From: Octopus vulgaris
Lineage: Eukaryota
Direction: 5' to 3'
Length of the DNA stretch: 64,000 nucleotides
NCBI GenBank assembly: GCA_951406725.2
Contig: OX597823.1
Coordinates: forward strand, 95,790,001 to 95,854,000
Shown here piece by piece: positions 37,001-51,213 of the stretch (positions are counted from its first letter, which is position 1; each line of letters opens with the position of its first letter). The notes beneath the pieces were generated by a model. The model did no database searches. It was not told the origin of the DNA and saw only the letters and a list, made by a program, of their open reading frames with translations. The position numbers and the translations under genes were made by a program.

Positions 37001-39338
37001 TAGCAGACCTGATCTGCCAACAGCAAATCCAAAGTATTGACAGAGAATTCCAATAGTGATTTACATCATAAAGAATGTAAGATCATCCTTTTACATCTGC
37101 TTCTCATATTGCTATGGATTAGACGGATTATCATGATCTGGGTCAGGTCTTCTTTGGAGTTCCTGCCCTCTTTCTGATGTAGATCAGAGGACAGTGTCTT
37201 GGTCCTACATTCCATTTTTGTCATGATTTCTACAACTGGATGTTCTTTTTAATGCCATCATCATCATCGTTTAACATCCATTTTCCATGCTAGCATGGGT
37301 TGGACGGTGCGACTGGGGTCTGGAAAGCCAGGAGGCTGCACCAATCTGATCTGGTAGAGTTTCTACAGCTTGATGCCCTTCCTAACGCCAACCACTCCAA
37401 GAGTGTAGTGGGTGCTTTTTGTGCCACTGACACAGGGGCCAGAGGAGCTGACATCAACCATGATCAGATGGTGCTTTTTATGTGCCACCAACATGGAATA
37501 CAGTCAAAGTGGCACTGGCATCAACTTTTTACGTGCCACCGGCACAGAAGCCAGTTACGGTGGCACTGGCATCGACCACAATCAGATGGTGCTTTTTATG
37601 TGCCACTGGCATCAACTATGATCGGATGGTGCTTTTTACGTGCCACTGGCACAGAAGCCAGTCAAAGTGGCACTGGCATTGGCCACGTTTTTACAAATTG
37701 TATTGAATGTATTTCATTGTGGAACAAACACTTGGGAGGTTGACCAGTCCTCAGCAAGACCACTGAGTGTTTTTCACACTCTTCTGTCTCATTTCCTTCA
37801 CCAGTCACTTGACATAGTATGGTGGCTGCGTTTTAGCAAGGCACCCACATTAAAAGGGTTGTCCTGTGCTTTGCACAACTGAAGAGTCCTCTCTCCTCTG
37901 TGTTGCCCACATTCATTGAAGGAGAGTGTGGCTTAGAAGATGACTAAAAGAAAAGGAACTGAGGGGAGGGGTGTAAAAAGAAGACAGAATATGAGTATGA
38001 TAAGAGAAACAGAGACAATGATAGGCAGCTAAACATTGGTTGTTGATAAAGAGATTGAATAGAAAAAACAAACATGAGAAAGGGAGCTATGAGAATGATG
38101 CAGCAGAGAATGACTAACAGAAAAGGGAGTGATGTGAATAAAAGAGTAAAGAATAGATATAAAGAGAGGAGAGAGGGAGAGAACAAGTGGTGGCTAGCAA
38201 TAAAGATGGATGATGGTAAGAGAGATTGATGAATGTCAGCAAAGAATGACATGGGCAGAGAGTGATAAATAATGGCCAAGAGGGAGCACTGATGACAGAG
38301 CCTATGCAATCTCTGGTTGCTCAGCCAACTGCAGTTCCTAAGAGATACACAGATTGAAGCCTGGCACTTATTCTATCAGTCCCTTTTGCCAAACTACTAA
38401 GTGATGGAGATGTAATAAACCAACACTGCTTGTCAAGTTGTGGTGGGGGACACAGGCACAAAGGGACACACATTATATATATAGATAGGTGCAGGACAAA
38501 TGGTTCCGGGTTCAGTCCCACTGCATGGCACCTTGGGCAAGTGTCTTATACTATAGCCTAGGGCCAACCACTGCCTTGTGAGTGGATTTGGTAAACAGAA
38601 ATTGAAAGAAGCCTGTCATATATATATATATATATATCTGTGTGTGTGTGTTTGTGTGCGTGTATGTGTGTTTGTGTGCCTGTGTTTGTCCCCCCACCAT
38701 CGCTTGACAACCAATGGTGGAGTTTTTATGTTCTCATAACTTAGCGCTTTGGCAAAAGTGACCGATAGAATAAGTGCTAGGCTTACAAAGAATAAGTCCT
38801 GGGGTCTATTTGTTTCACTAAAAAGGCGGTGCTCCAGCATGGCCACAGTCAAATGACTAAAACAAGTAAAAGAATAAAAGAATATATATATATATATATA
38901 AAATATATGCAATTATTATGTAAATATCTCAGTTTGTATACATATGCAAATATAATTTCCATCTGATTGCAAAACGTTTCCATCATTTTGACCTGAGCAA
39001 AAATTATCTTTCGAGAAATCAAGGAATTTCGTTTTTGGTTATTTCCTTTTTAATGAAATATATTAACGTCCATCCAAATTTAATTCTATCCAAAAGCTTA
39101 AACTCCTCTGCTCAATATCTGAGAACGCACTCAACTATCAACCATCTCAAAATGCCATCAGTAATTCTGGTTCTCTTTGTGGTTATTTATTTCTACGATA
39201 AAGATGAGTGTTGATCAAAAAAAAAAAGACAATATATAAACAACTAAAAATAAATAAAAACAAGGCATATTACGAAGCATGTAACTGAGAAAATGAGGCC
39301 AAAAATGTTGTTTAGTACATTATTATTATTTATTGTTG

Positions 39339-39384
<46 letters not shown>

Positions 39385-39394
39385 CATCATCATC

Positions 39395-39662
39395 ATTGCC
39401 TTTGCACAGCTTGTAACGCTGGAGATGTACTACAGTGTCAGCTGTTCACTACCAGTGAACTAAGGTAATACCCCTTGTTTTCGAGCACCTTCCGGAGTAT
39501 TCAAGCGGTTCCAAGCAGTGCTGTTTTCTGCAAGTGCTCCACCCTTATTGCAGCCCCTATTTCTTCCACAACTATTGGTACTCCAACAACTATTGGTTCT
39601 ACTGCTACCTTTTTCATCGACCACAACTGCTTAACTTCCAAACCTGTTGTATCTCTCGATCG
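39395..39662 (-). mobile_element. 3' fragment of an R4/Dong-like RLE non-LTR retrotransposon within (TAA)n
   Basis: Minus strand EVKQLWSMKKVAVEPIVVG..EEIGAAIRVEHLQKTALLGTA*ILRKVLE; (ATT)n on both sides. Confidence 0.75.
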
Positions 39663-39668
39663 TCGTCA

Positions 39669-39724
<56 letters not shown>

Positions 39725-39962
39725 TATTGTTATTATTATTAAAAGGCAGTGAGCTGCCAGAATTGTTATTGCGCTGGATGAAATGCTTAGCTGTATTTTG
39801 TCTGTTTTTATGTTCTGAGTTTAAATTCTGCCGAGGTCAACTTTGCCTTTCATCCTTTTAGGGGCGACAGATTAAGTACCAGTTGCGTACTGGGATTGAT
39901 ATCAATTAGTCCTATCCCCACAACTGCTGGCCTTGTGGAAAAATTTGAAACCATTATCATTA

Positions 39963-39994
<32 letters not shown>

Positions 39995-41868
39995 AGTGGT
40001 GTTGTTTTTGTTGATGTTGTTGTTGTTGTTATTTCTTGCTTTGCTAATCACATATTTAGAAGCAGGATTTTCTGTTTGCTCTTCTTCTCTGAGTCATTTA
40101 ACCAATGGAAGTAGAACTTAATAAACCATATGAAATAAATGGTTGCCCTACTTACAAAGAATTTGCATAACCAGTGACCTTTGGCTTATTCTATGCCATG
40201 AAAAGATAATGGCAAATGGTAATTTTTAGCATCAATTATTTTTTCAATGTTGCTGTTGTAATTGTTGTTGTTGTTGTTATTGTTGTGCCAGTGTTGTAGT
40301 CACTGTGTATCTAGAACCAAAGTATTCAATGCATCCTTCCTTATTTTCTAATATGGAAATTTGGTTACTATTTCTAACAGGCTGAACAACCACATGGGGA
40401 TATCCCTCATTAAATCAGATGCTGCTAAATAAAGCAATTGATCTACAGATTTTGGTAAGGCAGCAGACAAAATATCCTGTCATATTGTATTCCGTCCCTC
40501 AATGTTCTTCTGCTATAGTACCAAGCTGACCAAAGCCTTATGAGTGGATTTAGTTGAAGGGAACTGAAAGAAGCCCACCATATATTTATGGTGGGCCATA
40601 TATATATGTGTGGCCGAGCTCCTTTTGAGTGTTGGGCCTCGTGGAGGCAAGGACCAAGACCTTTTGGCATTATGTCGTGCTTGGGAAGAAGACCCATCAA
40701 GCCAAGTAAAATCACAGTTGTGGCAGATACCAGTGTCATGCAAATGGCACTTGTGTCAGCGACTCGCGAAAGCACCCATTACACACTCAGAGTGGTTGGC
40801 ATCAGGAAAGGCATCCAGCCATAAAAAACCATGCCAAATCAGACTGGATCCTGGTGCAGCCTTCCAGCATGCCAACCCAATCAAACTGTCCAACCCATGC
40901 TAGTATGGACAATGGACGTTAAATAATGATGATGATGATGATGATATATATATCAAGGACATGCCACTGAGGTAGGCAATGTAGGCAGTGCCTACTTTGA
41001 ATAAAATAGATCGATAGTAACATTTTTCTTTTATGGCAAAATATGCCCCTAATTCAATAAAATTATGAAGGTTATTCTGATTACTTTGCATAAAATACCA
41101 AATATTTTTTTTTTTTTTAGATTAGGGAGGCATAATTCTCCCTTGCTTTACATTCTCAGTATTTAAGCTACACATAATACTGCTGTAGTACACTTGCTGC
41201 ATACACTCCTACAACACTGTTTTCTTTACGTGCTATAAAGGCAGAAGTAAATCTGCCTTCAACTCAGTCATGTGCCTATATTTCACTTACTGATGACATG
41301 TGCTTGATGTGTATATATATCATCATCATTTAACGTCCGCTTTCCATGCCAGCATGGGTTGGACGATTTGACTGAGGACTGGCGAACCAGATGGCTGCAC
41401 CAGACTCCAATCTGATCTGGCAGAGTTTTTACAGCTGGATGCCCTTCCTACCGCCAACCACTCCGAGAGTATAGTGGGTGCTTTTACATGCCACCGGTAG
41501 GAGGGCCTGTCAGGCGGTACTGGCAACAGCCACGTCCAAATGGTGTTTCTTTTTACGTGCCACCTGCAAACCGGCACGAGTGCCAGTAAGGCGATCATGC
41601 TAGAATGGTGCTTTTCATATGTATATGTATGTATGTATGTATGTATGTATATATATATATATATATATATATCTGGCACCTGTGCAGGTGGCACGTAAAA
41701 AGCACCCACTACACTCACGGAGTGGTTGGCATTAGGAAGGGCATCCAGCCGTAGAAACACTGCCAAATCTGACTGGGCCTGATGAAGCCTCCCGGCTTCA
41801 CAGACCCCAGTTGAACCTTCCAACCCATGCTATCATGGAAAACGGACGCTAAATGATGATGATGATGA

Positions 41869-41903
<35 letters not shown>

Positions 41904-43286
41904 TATATATATATATATCACTGTATCAACCAGACTATCAGATGTTAGACATCACTGGTCACAATTCGCTTTGCATCATTTTAGGTTTTGAATGATGCCA
42001 CCCCACTGGCTAGACAAGCAGACTAATATTTCCCCTGGTTGGAAGGTTGGTCTGTGGCAGGGTGACCCACATACGGGTGAGTGGACTGGAGCAACGTGAA
42101 GTGAAGTGTTTTGCTCAAGAACACAACACACGGCCCAGTCCAGGAATTGAAACCTTGGTCTAACAATCATGAGTGCAATACCCTTACTACTAAGCCTCTG
42201 TGTGTGTGTGTGTGTGTGTGTTTATGGAAGGCAGTTTTTATCATCTAATGAAACAATTTTCTATGTAAAAGATAACACCCCCCCCCCCACACACACACAC
42301 ACAACTACATTATCTGAAAGGAAAATAATTTTATGAAAACGGGGAGAAAAAAATAAAGAGATTTCACTCCCTGAATGTTTATATTTGTCGCTGGAAATAG
42401 ATTTGGGGTCCCCTAGATTTTGTGTAATTCTAGAACATCACTGAGCAGGCATTTTTTCCTCCCTCCATCCCAGCCGGAATTCCGTAACTGTTTATTTTTG
42501 ACATGAATTTTGGTAAAGTTTTGTGATGAGAATTAATAATCTTTATTGTTGTTTAAACCCTTGTAGTCATCAGTTGAGGAAGGCATTCCAGTTGTGACCA
42601 TCCCATCTTTAACGTGCCTTGATATACATTATTTAGGGTGTCTTTCTCCTTTCAAGATATTAATCTATGCATTTGAGGGTGATTCAGTTGTTATTTAGAT
42701 ATCATATAAAACTGTAAAAGAGATAATGTAAATATAGGACAATGTACTAACATAGCTGCAGACGTGGCTGTGTGGAAAGAAGCTTGCCTTCTAACTACAT
42801 GGTTCTGGGTTCAGTCCCACTCTGTGGTACCTTGGGCCAGTGTCTTCTATTATAGCCTCCAGCCAACCAAACTTTTGCGAGTGGATTTAGTAGGCAGAAG
42901 CTGGAAAGAAGCCCATCGTGTGTGTGTGTCTTAGTATCTGTATTTGTCCCCCACCCTGCACCACTTGATAACTGGTGTTGGTGTGTTTACATCCCCATAG
43001 CAGTTCACAAAAGAGACTGATAGAATAAGTACCAGGCTTTTAAAAAAAAATTAAGTACTGGAGTCGATGTATTCAACTTAAAATTCTTCAAAGCATTGCC
43101 CCAGGATGGCCACAGTCTAATGACTGAAACAAGTAAAAGATAAAAGATAAAGGATAAACATTTGAGGGAAATTTGGCTGTTATTTCAGATACCAAGTAAA
43201 CAATAAAAGAAACAAGAGATAATGCAAATATAGGCTGTAATGGTTGTCTGGTAAAATATTTTACAGAGAGAATGGCATCTGCATTA

Positions 43287-43492
43287 AGGCAGCGAGCTGG
43301 CAGAAATGTTAGCACACCGGGCGAAATGCCAAGCAGTATTTCGTCTGTCGCTACATTCTGAGTTCAAATTCCACCGAGGTCGACTTTGCCTTTCATCTTT
43401 TTGGGGTCGATTAAATATGTACCAGTTATGTACTGGGGTCGATGTAATCGACTTAATCCGTTTGTCCCCTCTGTGGGTAGTAAAGAAATAAG
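43287..43492 (+). mobile_element. tRNA-derived SINE family A (representative; ~20 copies, e.g. 709-930, 2208-2412, 5248-5730, 18595-18775-, 19516-19735, 26592-26810, 27250-27475-, 39743-39955, 50053-50268)
   Basis: ggcagcgagctggcagaa.. B box gagttcaaattcc; core gaggtcgactttgcctttcatc..gtcgat..aagtaccag; often (ATT)n tail. Confidence 0.85.
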
Positions 43493-44661
43493 AATGATAT
43501 CTGCATCAGATGACAAAATGTATTTGACAGAAGAGTGAGGAAATATAAAGGTTAGTCATGTCACTCATGAGTGAGTATGACCTGGTTGTTTGTACCACTC
43601 TTTCACAAATTGTTTTAGGTGCCTGTGTAGTCAGAAGCACCATCTAACCCTTCCTACCTAGTGGAATACCAAGGATGTGACTGCTGGAGGGAGGAGGAGA
43701 GGAGGTGGAGAGTTCCCTAGCAACAGACTAGTATCTGTTTACAGCTGAATAGACTGGAGTAATGGGTGAATGGAGTGTCTTGGTCAAGGGTATAATGTAC
43801 TGACTCAGGAATTGAACCCATGAGCTTATGATAGTGAGCCCAACACACTAGTCCCTGGGATTTTGCCTTCACTATAGAAATATACAATAATATCTCACAA
43901 AACTGATAGGTTTGACAGAATGGTTAATCCCTCTTGTGTATAAAGACACAAGAATGGGTGGAGATGGGCAGATAATGGTTCCTTGGGGAAGATCTGTGGC
44001 ACATTGGGCATTAGAGAATGAGTACAAGTGTGATGAAATACAATGTAGAGTCTTCTGAGAGATCATCCTCTAGATGGCTCTGGCTGACAAGAGGTAATTA
44101 GTGTTGTGGTGGTGGTGGTGGGGGGGGGGTCAGCAGAGTGCCATTTGAACGTAGATCTAAGCTTGATCAACCTAGATTAGGTCTCCTGGATGAGACCTGA
44201 AACACCCAATGTAAGATCCCAAACATCCAATGGTTCCAGAACACAACACTAATGAGGTGACAAAGTCTCACATCTGCAAAATGCTTGGAGAACAATCTGA
44301 CTGTTAAGTCTGTTTTCAGTTAAAACCCAAATTAATGGCAGCTTGCACTTAGCAATTGGGCTAATTGGGTCTCACTTCCTAGAATCTCCTCATTTTCAAT
44401 ATAGTTGAGTCCTCTTGAGCCCTCAATTCAAGGGATTATCATACTTTAATTTAACCCTTGTAAATGTTAATGTGGTTCTTAAGCCCCAAACAGTTTTCAC
44501 AACATAAAATAGTAAACCATATTATATTATATTTCAAAGCATCATCATCACTTAACATCTGTTTTCTCAGCTGGCTTGGGTTTGATGGTTCAACAGGACT
44601 TGGCCAGCTGGAGAGCTGCATCAGGCTATATATATCTTTGACATAATGTGTATGCATATAT

Positions 44662-44711
<50 letters not shown>

Positions 44712-44719
<8 letters not shown>

Positions 44720-45299
44720 GATAGGAAAATTGTTGCCATTCATATTTTTCATTTCACGCATGCACATTATTTTGATTTTGTTGACTACACAGTATAGAAG
44801 GGTCAGCTGGGCACCATCTGTGTGAAAAATAGCACCATGATGTAATTTATTCTGCCAGGACTTTCAAAACAACATGCTGTACTGCTTGGCATTCATGCTG
44901 GAAGCTCCAGATTGTTTGGGTGTCAATCTGAGGACATGTACCATGAGTGAAAAAAATCAATCATACAGTCAATATCATCCTGTTTGGAGTGATCACGAGT
45001 GACGGCGACGTTATGCCTCAATTTATCTTCCCACACAGCCTCAGACTCAACACAAGCCTACATCAAATGCCTGGAGGAGGTAGTGCCGCCCTGGATGAAG
45101 AGGGTGGCTGCTGGAACAACCTGTCCAGCAACATGACTCTGCACCATGCCACAAAGCAGGAGAACCCAATGGTGATTTTCATTGAATAAATTTACTCTTT
45201 AGTATTTCATGATATTTTTATGTAATTTTGGTAATTATATGTGTCAAGATAAGATGTGTTATTTTGCGTAATTTAGACAACAATATATTCACCGCGCCC

Positions 45300-45303
<4 letters not shown>
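44712..45303 (+). mobile_element. Deleted Tc1/mariner-superfamily element in (TA)n
   Basis: HTVNIILFGVITSDGDVMPQFIFPHSLRLNT / YIKCLEEVVPPWMKRVAAG / DSAPCH; imperfect TIR ending cgcgccctgtg. Confidence 0.75.
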
Positions 45304-45331
<28 letters not shown>

Positions 45332-46009
45332 CGCACTTGATCTAATGATGTAACTCAGTCAATGTTGTTGACTTTGTTTGAGTTAAAGCTAAGTCTGCTC
45401 AGAGTTGCCTCTCTTTGGTATTTCCAATTGATAATGGCTAAAGAGCTAGAAATGCATCAGGGAATCTGACGGGGAGCAACACTGCACAGATACAGCGTTT
45501 TTACACCTTTTTTTTACCATAAGAAGGAATTCTTTCTTCACAATAACTGCAGTGAATTTGCCTTTAGAAGTTGAAATATGCCACAAACATATTTTAACTA
45601 ACCTAAATTTCCATTATGCATAAACACTGCTTGGAAGTCATACTGCTGTAACACATAAACACACATTATGTGGCCAATATTTTCAATCAAGACATTACAA
45701 TCACATTTGGTTCTTCAAGTGTTTCAATTCTGTGCTTATACATATACTTACTAGATTGCTGACATTATCAATACTTTTATTCTTTTACTTGTTTCAGTCA
45801 TTTGACTGTGGCCATACTGGAGCACTGTCTTTTAATCGAGCAAATCGACCCCAGGACTTATTCTTTGTAAGCCTAGTACTTATTATATTGGTCTCTTTTG
45901 CTGAACCGCTAAGTTACAGGGATGTAAACACACCAGCATCAGTTGTCAAGGGATGGTGGGAGGGACAAACACAAACACACAAATACATGCACAAACACAG
46001 ATATGTGAA

Positions 46010-46346
46010 AGCGCATGGCTCAGTGGTTAGAGCATTGCACTTACGATCGTGAGGTTATGAGTTCGAATTCCGGACCAGGCTGCGTATTGTGCTCTTGAGC
46101 AAGACACTTTATTTCACGTTGCTCCAGTTAACTCTGCTGTAGAAATGAGTTGCAACGTCCCTGGTACCAAGCTGTATCAGCCCCTTTGCCTTTCCCTTGG
46201 ATAACATCAGTGGCATGGAGAGGAGAGGCTGGTGTGCGTGGGCAACTGCTGATCTTTCATAAATAACCTTGCCTGGACTTGTGCCTCAGAGGGTAACAAC
46301 TTTCTATGTGCAATCCCAAGGTCAGTCATGACCGAAGGGTGTCTCA

Positions 46347-46348
<2 letters not shown>
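46010..46348 (+). mobile_element. tRNA-derived SINE family C (also 33845-34150, 41920-42195-, 59670-59955)
   Basis: gcgcatggctcagtggttagagc..gagttcgaattcc..cttgagcaagacactttatttcacgttgctccagtt. Confidence 0.8.
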
Positions 46349-46405
<57 letters not shown>

Positions 46406-46974
46406 TGACAGGCTTCTTTCAGTTTGTTTACCAAATTCACTGAAGGCTTTGGCCGGCCTGAGACTATAGTAGAAGACACTGATAATATTGAAGTCACATT
46501 GTGAATAAAAGATTCACAGTATTTAGTAAAATATTTCCCAATTCAAACTCCACAGGAGTTGACTTTGACATGGTTTCGCTTATTTTTCTGATAATGCCAT
46601 TTTCTATCATTAATAAAGCTGTCAACATTTTTGATGACACACACATACTAGCGTATACACACACACACATATATATATAAAATGCATGTGTGTATGCATA
46701 TGAGTACATGTGAAGTTTGTCATTATTGCTTCTTCACAAGAGACTAGCTGTGCTAAAAACAGTGTCATCATGTTAACATCCCCAGTTGACATTTCATGCT
46801 GAAGTTCTACAGTTTTAGAATTTAATGGAATAATAAAACATCCCTTATTTGTAAGGCATGTAAGAGTTGGTGACAGGAAGAGCACCCAGTCTTAAAATAT
46901 TTGCCACAAAAAGTATTTATTTGTCCAACCTTTACTAATATAGAAAAAAAATGGTTGTAAAATAAGCAAAATCA

Positions 46975-47175
46975 CATAATGGTAAATTCTCTCCCTAAAT
47001 GGCAAAATATCTCACAGCAGCAGAATAGTTCATGGAACTGGTAAATATCACAAGGAAATGGTAAAAATATTTTGATGAATGGTCAATATTTTACAGAATT
47101 GTTGAAAAATGTAGCACAGAAGAGCAGCAACATCTCACAGAATATGAAGATAGCACAATGGTAAATATGTGAACT
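46975..47175. repeat. Degenerate ~20-bp minisatellite (aatggtaaatatctcacag-like)
   Basis: Recurrent atggtaaa / atctcacag units. Confidence 0.6.
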
Positions 47176-48167
47176 AGAAGATTAAAATAACTTTTTTGGA
47201 ATGTGAATGTATTTACAAATGATTAAGAAAACGTGCTGCCAGTCCCTTTTTTGTACTCTTTGGTTTGGATGGCACCAACGCAATTTATGTGACTTCATGA
47301 GGAAATATCAGAATAAAGAATTAGTAATTTCACTTCCAACCTCTTCACATTCTCCACTGCCATCATCATCATCATCACCACTACCATCATTATCATAACC
47401 AGTTATTGTTATTACTCTCATCATTATCATATTAAAATCTTCCTCTTCTTCCTCCTCCTCCTCATCATTATCCCCACTAATACCATTACAAATATCCTAC
47501 ACTGACCGCAAATCTGCCCTCACACCACCCTGCTTCACCCCAGTCTATAATTATGCCATGGTCTCCTTACTACTGCATATGCTAAGCACCTAAGTTCATC
47601 ATTGTCACTGTCACCACCACCACCACCAACACCATCACCATATCACTGTCATCCTTGCAAGAATGGCTTGGTTGGTTCAGCAAAATCTGACGAACCAGAG
47701 GACTACATCAAGCTCCAGTGTCTGCTTAGACGTTATTTCTATGACTGCTTGCCATTTCTAATGCCGACCACTTTACAAAGTTTACCAAGCGATCACCACC
47801 ATTCTGATTTTAACAATCACTTGCATGGGTCACATAAAACTTGCCTAAGGCAGATTTTCTACGGCCAGATGCTCTTCCTGTTGCCAACCCTTTGGAAAGC
47901 AATGGACACCACTTGTATGATGGTGACACTCGTTTACAATTATCATACAATGTGAAGACAAGGAAACACACACACACACACAGTTTCACATGCTCCATCA
48001 TGGTTGTTAGTGAATTGGTTGCCTATTTCTGCCTTACCTGTTTATATGTTTAAAATTCACCTGATAATGGCATGTTTTTGCCGTGATATATTTTAAGAAT
48101 GCATTAATAAAATGCTGCCAAAACAGCTGTTGTGAATTTTGAACCCCACTTGGGTTCCTTATGTATG

Positions 48168-48208
<41 letters not shown>

Positions 48209-48632
48209 GGAACAAAAATGCAATAGAGGACAATGAAACATTCGAACAGATTGACGATACAAAGACGGACAAGAGAAACAACAATTAGAAGGACAGGCAA
48301 ACAAAGACGGCTCATTCTTGGCTTTCTTTCATGAGTCAAGTACCAGAAGTCCCGTCCATTTCAGACAGTTACACTTGAGATGGTTCAATCTGGTTGCTCC
48401 CCGAAAAAGTCTAAGCTAAGAGCATTAGACCCCTTTGTAAGAAAGCTAGCGAAAGTGTATGGCAACAAAGACAAAAAACAGAGAACATGGTACGCAATTA
48501 TGAATACAAACAAGAAAATAACAGCAGGTGTCTTTCGACTGAGAACGAATCCAATTGCGCTGGTGTATATGAAGTGAAAGCCTAAAGGCAGGAACATAGG
48601 AGATGGACATAAGAAGTGTTGGCAGTTGGCAG

Positions 48633-48693
<61 letters not shown>

Positions 48694-48718
48694 TGTATAT
48701 ATTTATATATTATTGAAG

Positions 48719-48843
48719 AAATTGGAGTCAAGAAGAGTACAGTTGGACAGAAATTTGTTAATCACTACAATTGTTTTGACGCAACAGTTGTAGTGATTAA
48801 AAAATAACTGTCCAACCATACTCCTTCTTCTTGACTCCAATTT
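48719..48843. repeat. Fold-back repeat carrying the 3' half of a hammerhead (aaacaattgtagtga) on each arm
   Basis: aattggagtcaagaag..ttggacag..ttaatcactacaattgtt / aacagttgtagtgattaa..ctgtccaa..cttcttgactccaatt. Confidence 0.65.
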
Positions 48844-50266
48844 GTTTAAATTAATATTCAAACACAATGAATGCCCAAACTTAATTATACTACCAGATAG
48901 TACTGGCCAACTCTAAAGGTGGATGAGCTTTATACAGTACTCTACAACGTTCCTAGGCACATAAAAAGCACCATTCGAGTGTGGTTAATGCCAGTGCCAC
49001 CTGACAGGCTGCCGTGTCGGTGGCATGTAAAAACCACTATTTGAGCATGGTTGATGCCAGTGTCACCTAACTGGCCCCTGTGCCAGTGGTATGTAAAAAG
49101 CACCCACTACACTCTTGGAGAGGGTGACATTAGGAAAGGCATCCAGCTGTAGAAACCTTGCCAGAACAGATTAGAGCCTGGTGCAGCCTCCTGGCTCAAA
49201 CTGTACAATCCATGCCAGCATGGAAAGCAGATGGCAAATGATGATGATGATATATAAACACACACAACGAACTGCTTTCAGTTTCGGTCTGCCTAATCCA
49301 CTCACAAAACTTTGGCCAGTCCTGGCCTGTAATAGAAGACACTTGCCAAAGTGTCAATTAGACTGTGGCCATGCTGGAGCACTGCCTAGAATTTTAGTCA
49401 AATGAATCAACTGCAGGACATTTTTTTTTAACCTGGTATTTATTCTTTCTGTCACTTTTGCCAAACCACGAAGTTACAGAGGCATAAACACACACACACA
49501 GATATGTGTGTGTGTATGTCTGTGTATACATATACAATGGGCTTCTTTCAGTTTCCATCTACCAAATCCACATATAAAGCTTTGGTCAGTGTGAGGCTAT
49601 AGTAGAAGCCCTTGTTCAAGGTGCCATGTAGTGGGACTGAACCCAGGACCATGTGGTTGGGAAGCAAACTTCTTACCACATGGCCACAAATTTGCTTTTG
49701 TTATTTTTAACCTGGATTAACTTTATTCAAGTTAACTTATGAACAAAACTGTTCCATGTTCTTTTGTTTTTCATCCCAGGCATAGTGTATCTAAGACTAC
49801 ATTATCCAAACATCTTTTCCAGTTGCAATCTAGCTGCAGTTTAGCATGTTGGGCAAATTGCTTTGCAGCATTTTGTCTGTCTTTATGTTCCGAGTTCAAA
49901 TTCCACTAAGGACATCTTTGCCTTTCATTCTTTCAGGGTTGATAAAATAAGTACCAGTTGACCACTGGGGGTCAATGTAATCAACTTATCCCCTCCCCCA
50001 AAATTGTTGGCCTTGTGCAAAAATTTGAAACATTATTATTACTATTATTATTAGGGCACTGAGTTGGCAGAATCATTAGCACTCTGGGTGAAATGTTTAG
50101 CGGTATTACATCTGTCACTACGTTCTGAGTTCAAATTGTGCTGAGGTCGACTTTGCTTTCCATCCTTTTGGGATTGATAAATTAAGTACCAGTGAAACAC
50201 TGGTGTCAATGTAATCAACTAATCCCCTTCCCCACAAATCTGAGGCCTTGTACCTCCAGTAGAAAG

Positions 50267-50373
50267 CATTATTATTATTGTTATTATTATTATTGTTATT
50301 ATTATTATTATTATTGTTATTATTATTATTATTGTTGTTATTATTATTATTGTTATTATTGCTATTATTATTA

Positions 50374-50465
<92 letters not shown>

Positions 50466-51109
50466 GTTATTATTATTATTATTATTGTTATTATTATTAT
50501 TATTATTGTTATTATTATTATTATTATTATTATATATTATTATTATTGTTATTATTATTATTATTATTGTTATTATTATTATTGTTATTATTGCTATTAT
50601 TATTATTGTTATTATTATTATTATTATTGTTATTATTATTATTATTATTGTTATTATTATTATTATTATTGTTATTATTATTATTATTGTTGTTATTATT
50701 ATTATTGTTATTATTGCTATTATTATTATTGTTATTATTATTATTATTATTGTTATTATTATTATTATTATTGTTATTATTATTATTGTTATTATTGCTA
50801 TTATTATTATTGTTATTATTATTATTATTATTATTGTTATTATTATTATTATTATTGTTATTATTATTATTATTATTGTTATTATTATTATTATTATTGT
50901 TATTATTGCTATTATTATTATTGTTATTATTATTATTATTATTGTTATTGTTATTATTGTTATTGTTATTATTATTATTGTTATTATTATTATTATTGTT
51001 GTTATTATTATTATTATTATTATTGTTATTATTGTTATTGTTATTATTATTATTATTATTATTGTTATTGTTATTATTATTATTATTGTTATTATTATTA
51101 TTATTATTA

Positions 51110-51141
<32 letters not shown>

Positions 51142-51213
51142 GTTATTATTATTGTTATTATTATTATTATTATTATTATAATTATTATTATTGTTGTTAT
51201 TGTTATTATTATT
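50267..51213. repeat. ~950-bp (ATT)n microsatellite with GTT/GCT variants
   Basis: Direct reading; produces the poly-Y/L/I/N ORFs. Confidence 0.98.

Noticed and set aside
37300-37743. 147-aa ORF with internal repeats
   Set aside because: Antisense reading of the tandemly repeated RTE 3'UTR unit (ggtgctttttacgtgccac)
46010-46085. tRNA-like sequence
   Set aside because: Head of SINE family C, continues into the SINE core
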